From a virus (Duplodnaviria > Caudoviricetes), in IMG/VR virus record IMGVR_UViG_3300020187_001966: a DNA stretch of 64,000 nucleotides. One strand, given 5' to 3'. The position numbers and the translations under genes are program-made. The notes below the pieces were generated by a model. The model searched no databases. It was not told the origin of the DNA and was given only the letters and a program-made list of their open reading frames with translations. Positions 63,190 to 64,000 of this stretch are shown here, one piece after another. The first letter of the stretch is position 1. Every line of letters begins with the position of its first letter.

Positions 63190-63882
63190 ATGAACAAGAC
63201 TTCCGATTTAGTAATTAACAGACTAAAAAAAGACGACAAACGTTATTGGGCAGGCGATAACATTAGTGACTACATCAAAGACGGTGAAAAGGATCTATTG
63301 ATTGACGAAGCTGCTGTAGCGTTTGAAAGTGTATTAGATACACTTGTAATTGATCGTCATAATGATCCCAATTCAAAAGGTACAGCAAAGCGTTTAGCTA
63401 AAATGTATTATAATGAAATAATGGCGGGTCGTTACGAACCTATGCCACCAGCAACAGCCTTTCCAAACGATTCAGCGGATCGATATGAAGGAATGTTGGT
63501 AGTACGTAGTGAGCTTAAAAGTATGTGTTCACACCATCATCAGCCAGTGGCAGGTGTAGCGTACATAGGTATTATTGCTGCAGACACACTTATTGGTTTA
63601 AGCAAGTACACACGTATTGCTCAATGGTGTGCTAGACGTGGAACACTACAAGAAGAACTAGCTACTGATATTGCTAGGGAAATCATGTCAGCAACTGGTA
63701 GTACAGACGTTGGTGTCTATATCCAAGCAACACATGGTTGTTGTGAGAATAGAGGAATAGGCGCACACAGTAGTTTAACACAAACAACTGTACTTAAAGG
63801 TAGCTTCCATAATGACCAAGGAACTAAAAAAGAGTTCATGGACAATATTAAACTACAGCAATCATTTGCTCAAGGCAAATAA
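63190..63882 (+). CDS. folE: GTP cyclohydrolase I
   Basis: SMCSHHHQP, GLSKYTRI, QEEL, ATHGC...RG. Confidence 0.95.
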   Translation: MNKTSDLVINRLKKDDKRYWAGDNISDYIKDGEKDLLIDEAAVAFESVLDTLVIDRHNDPNSKGTAKRLAKMYYNEIMAGRYEPMPPATAFPNDSADRYEGMLVVRSELKSMCSHHHQPVAGVAYIGIIAADTLIGLSKYTRIAQWCARRGTLQEELATDIAREIMSATGSTDVGVYIQATHGCCENRGIGAHSSLTQTTVLKGSFHNDQGTKKEFMDNIKLQQSFAQGK

Positions 63883-64000
63883 TGAAAACTCCAAAATATA
63901 AAAACTTTGGGTCTGAATTGAGTATCCCTGTCAGTGGTTTATCTGACAGGGAGAATCACAAATCAGGATCTGGGGGTGCGCTAAATGCTGGTTATACACC
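63882..64000 (+). CDS. 5' part of a hypothetical gene (runs off window)
   Basis: TAATG overlap with folE; open to window end (..GSGGALNAGYT). Confidence 0.55.
   Translation, partial: MKTPKYKNFGSELSIPVSGLSDRENHKSGSGGALNAGYT

Noticed and set aside
1-64000. Most minus-strand and nested ORFs in the track (e.g. 1101-1445, 2565-2870, 11434-11961, 27101-27664, 42775-43521, 57744-58085, 59268-59723)
   Set aside because: They lie antisense to well-supported genes, lack SD and family motifs, and mirror the sense codon bias; treated as shadow ORFs
1-64000. tRNA, rRNA, tmRNA or CRISPR arrays
   Set aside because: Intergenic gaps are short and I saw no cloverleaf/TTCGA arm or regularly spaced repeat-spacer series; a tRNAscan/Infernal run would be needed to be certain
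1-64000. Stop-codon reassignment as in some jumbo phages
   Set aside because: Long conserved genes (PolB, ClpA, Prs) are intact in the standard code, and TGA/TAG end genes at expected positions

Overview
A 64 kb AT-rich, gene-dense, almost single-stranded-coded segment of a large (jumbo-type) T4-like tailed phage genome. The host is most likely a marine Alphaproteobacterium (inference from FdxA/Prs type, a PcyX-like gene and Roseobacter-style SPRPxxRP motifs). Layout: (1-15 kb) auxiliary metabolic and housekeeping genes (clpP end, queD, sufT, fdxA, iscA, prs, fba, MazG-like, PiT-like permease, lipase, ugd, dnaE fragment, groES, clamp loader); (15-22 kb) small early genes behind sigma70-type TTGACA-N17-TATAGT promoters; (22-53 kb) late genes behind TAAATA promoters (phoH, spanin-like pair, dnaJ, clpA, fibres, a run of putative capsid-packaged modular polyproteins, receptor-binding fibres, GH19 endolysin); (53-64 kb) fpr, PolB, sliding clamp and a 7-deazaguanine/glycosyl modification cluster (QueD-like, TGT/DpdA-like, cytidylyltransferases, GT4, folE). 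No tRNA, rRNA or CRISPR array was seen. The best leads are: the internal-protein polyprotein array, the TGT-glycosyltransferase cluster, a switch-like pseudoknot in the queD leader, and two GIY-YIG endonucleases that appear to replace the 3' end of the gene they invade. All family calls come from motif recognition by eye; no searches were run.
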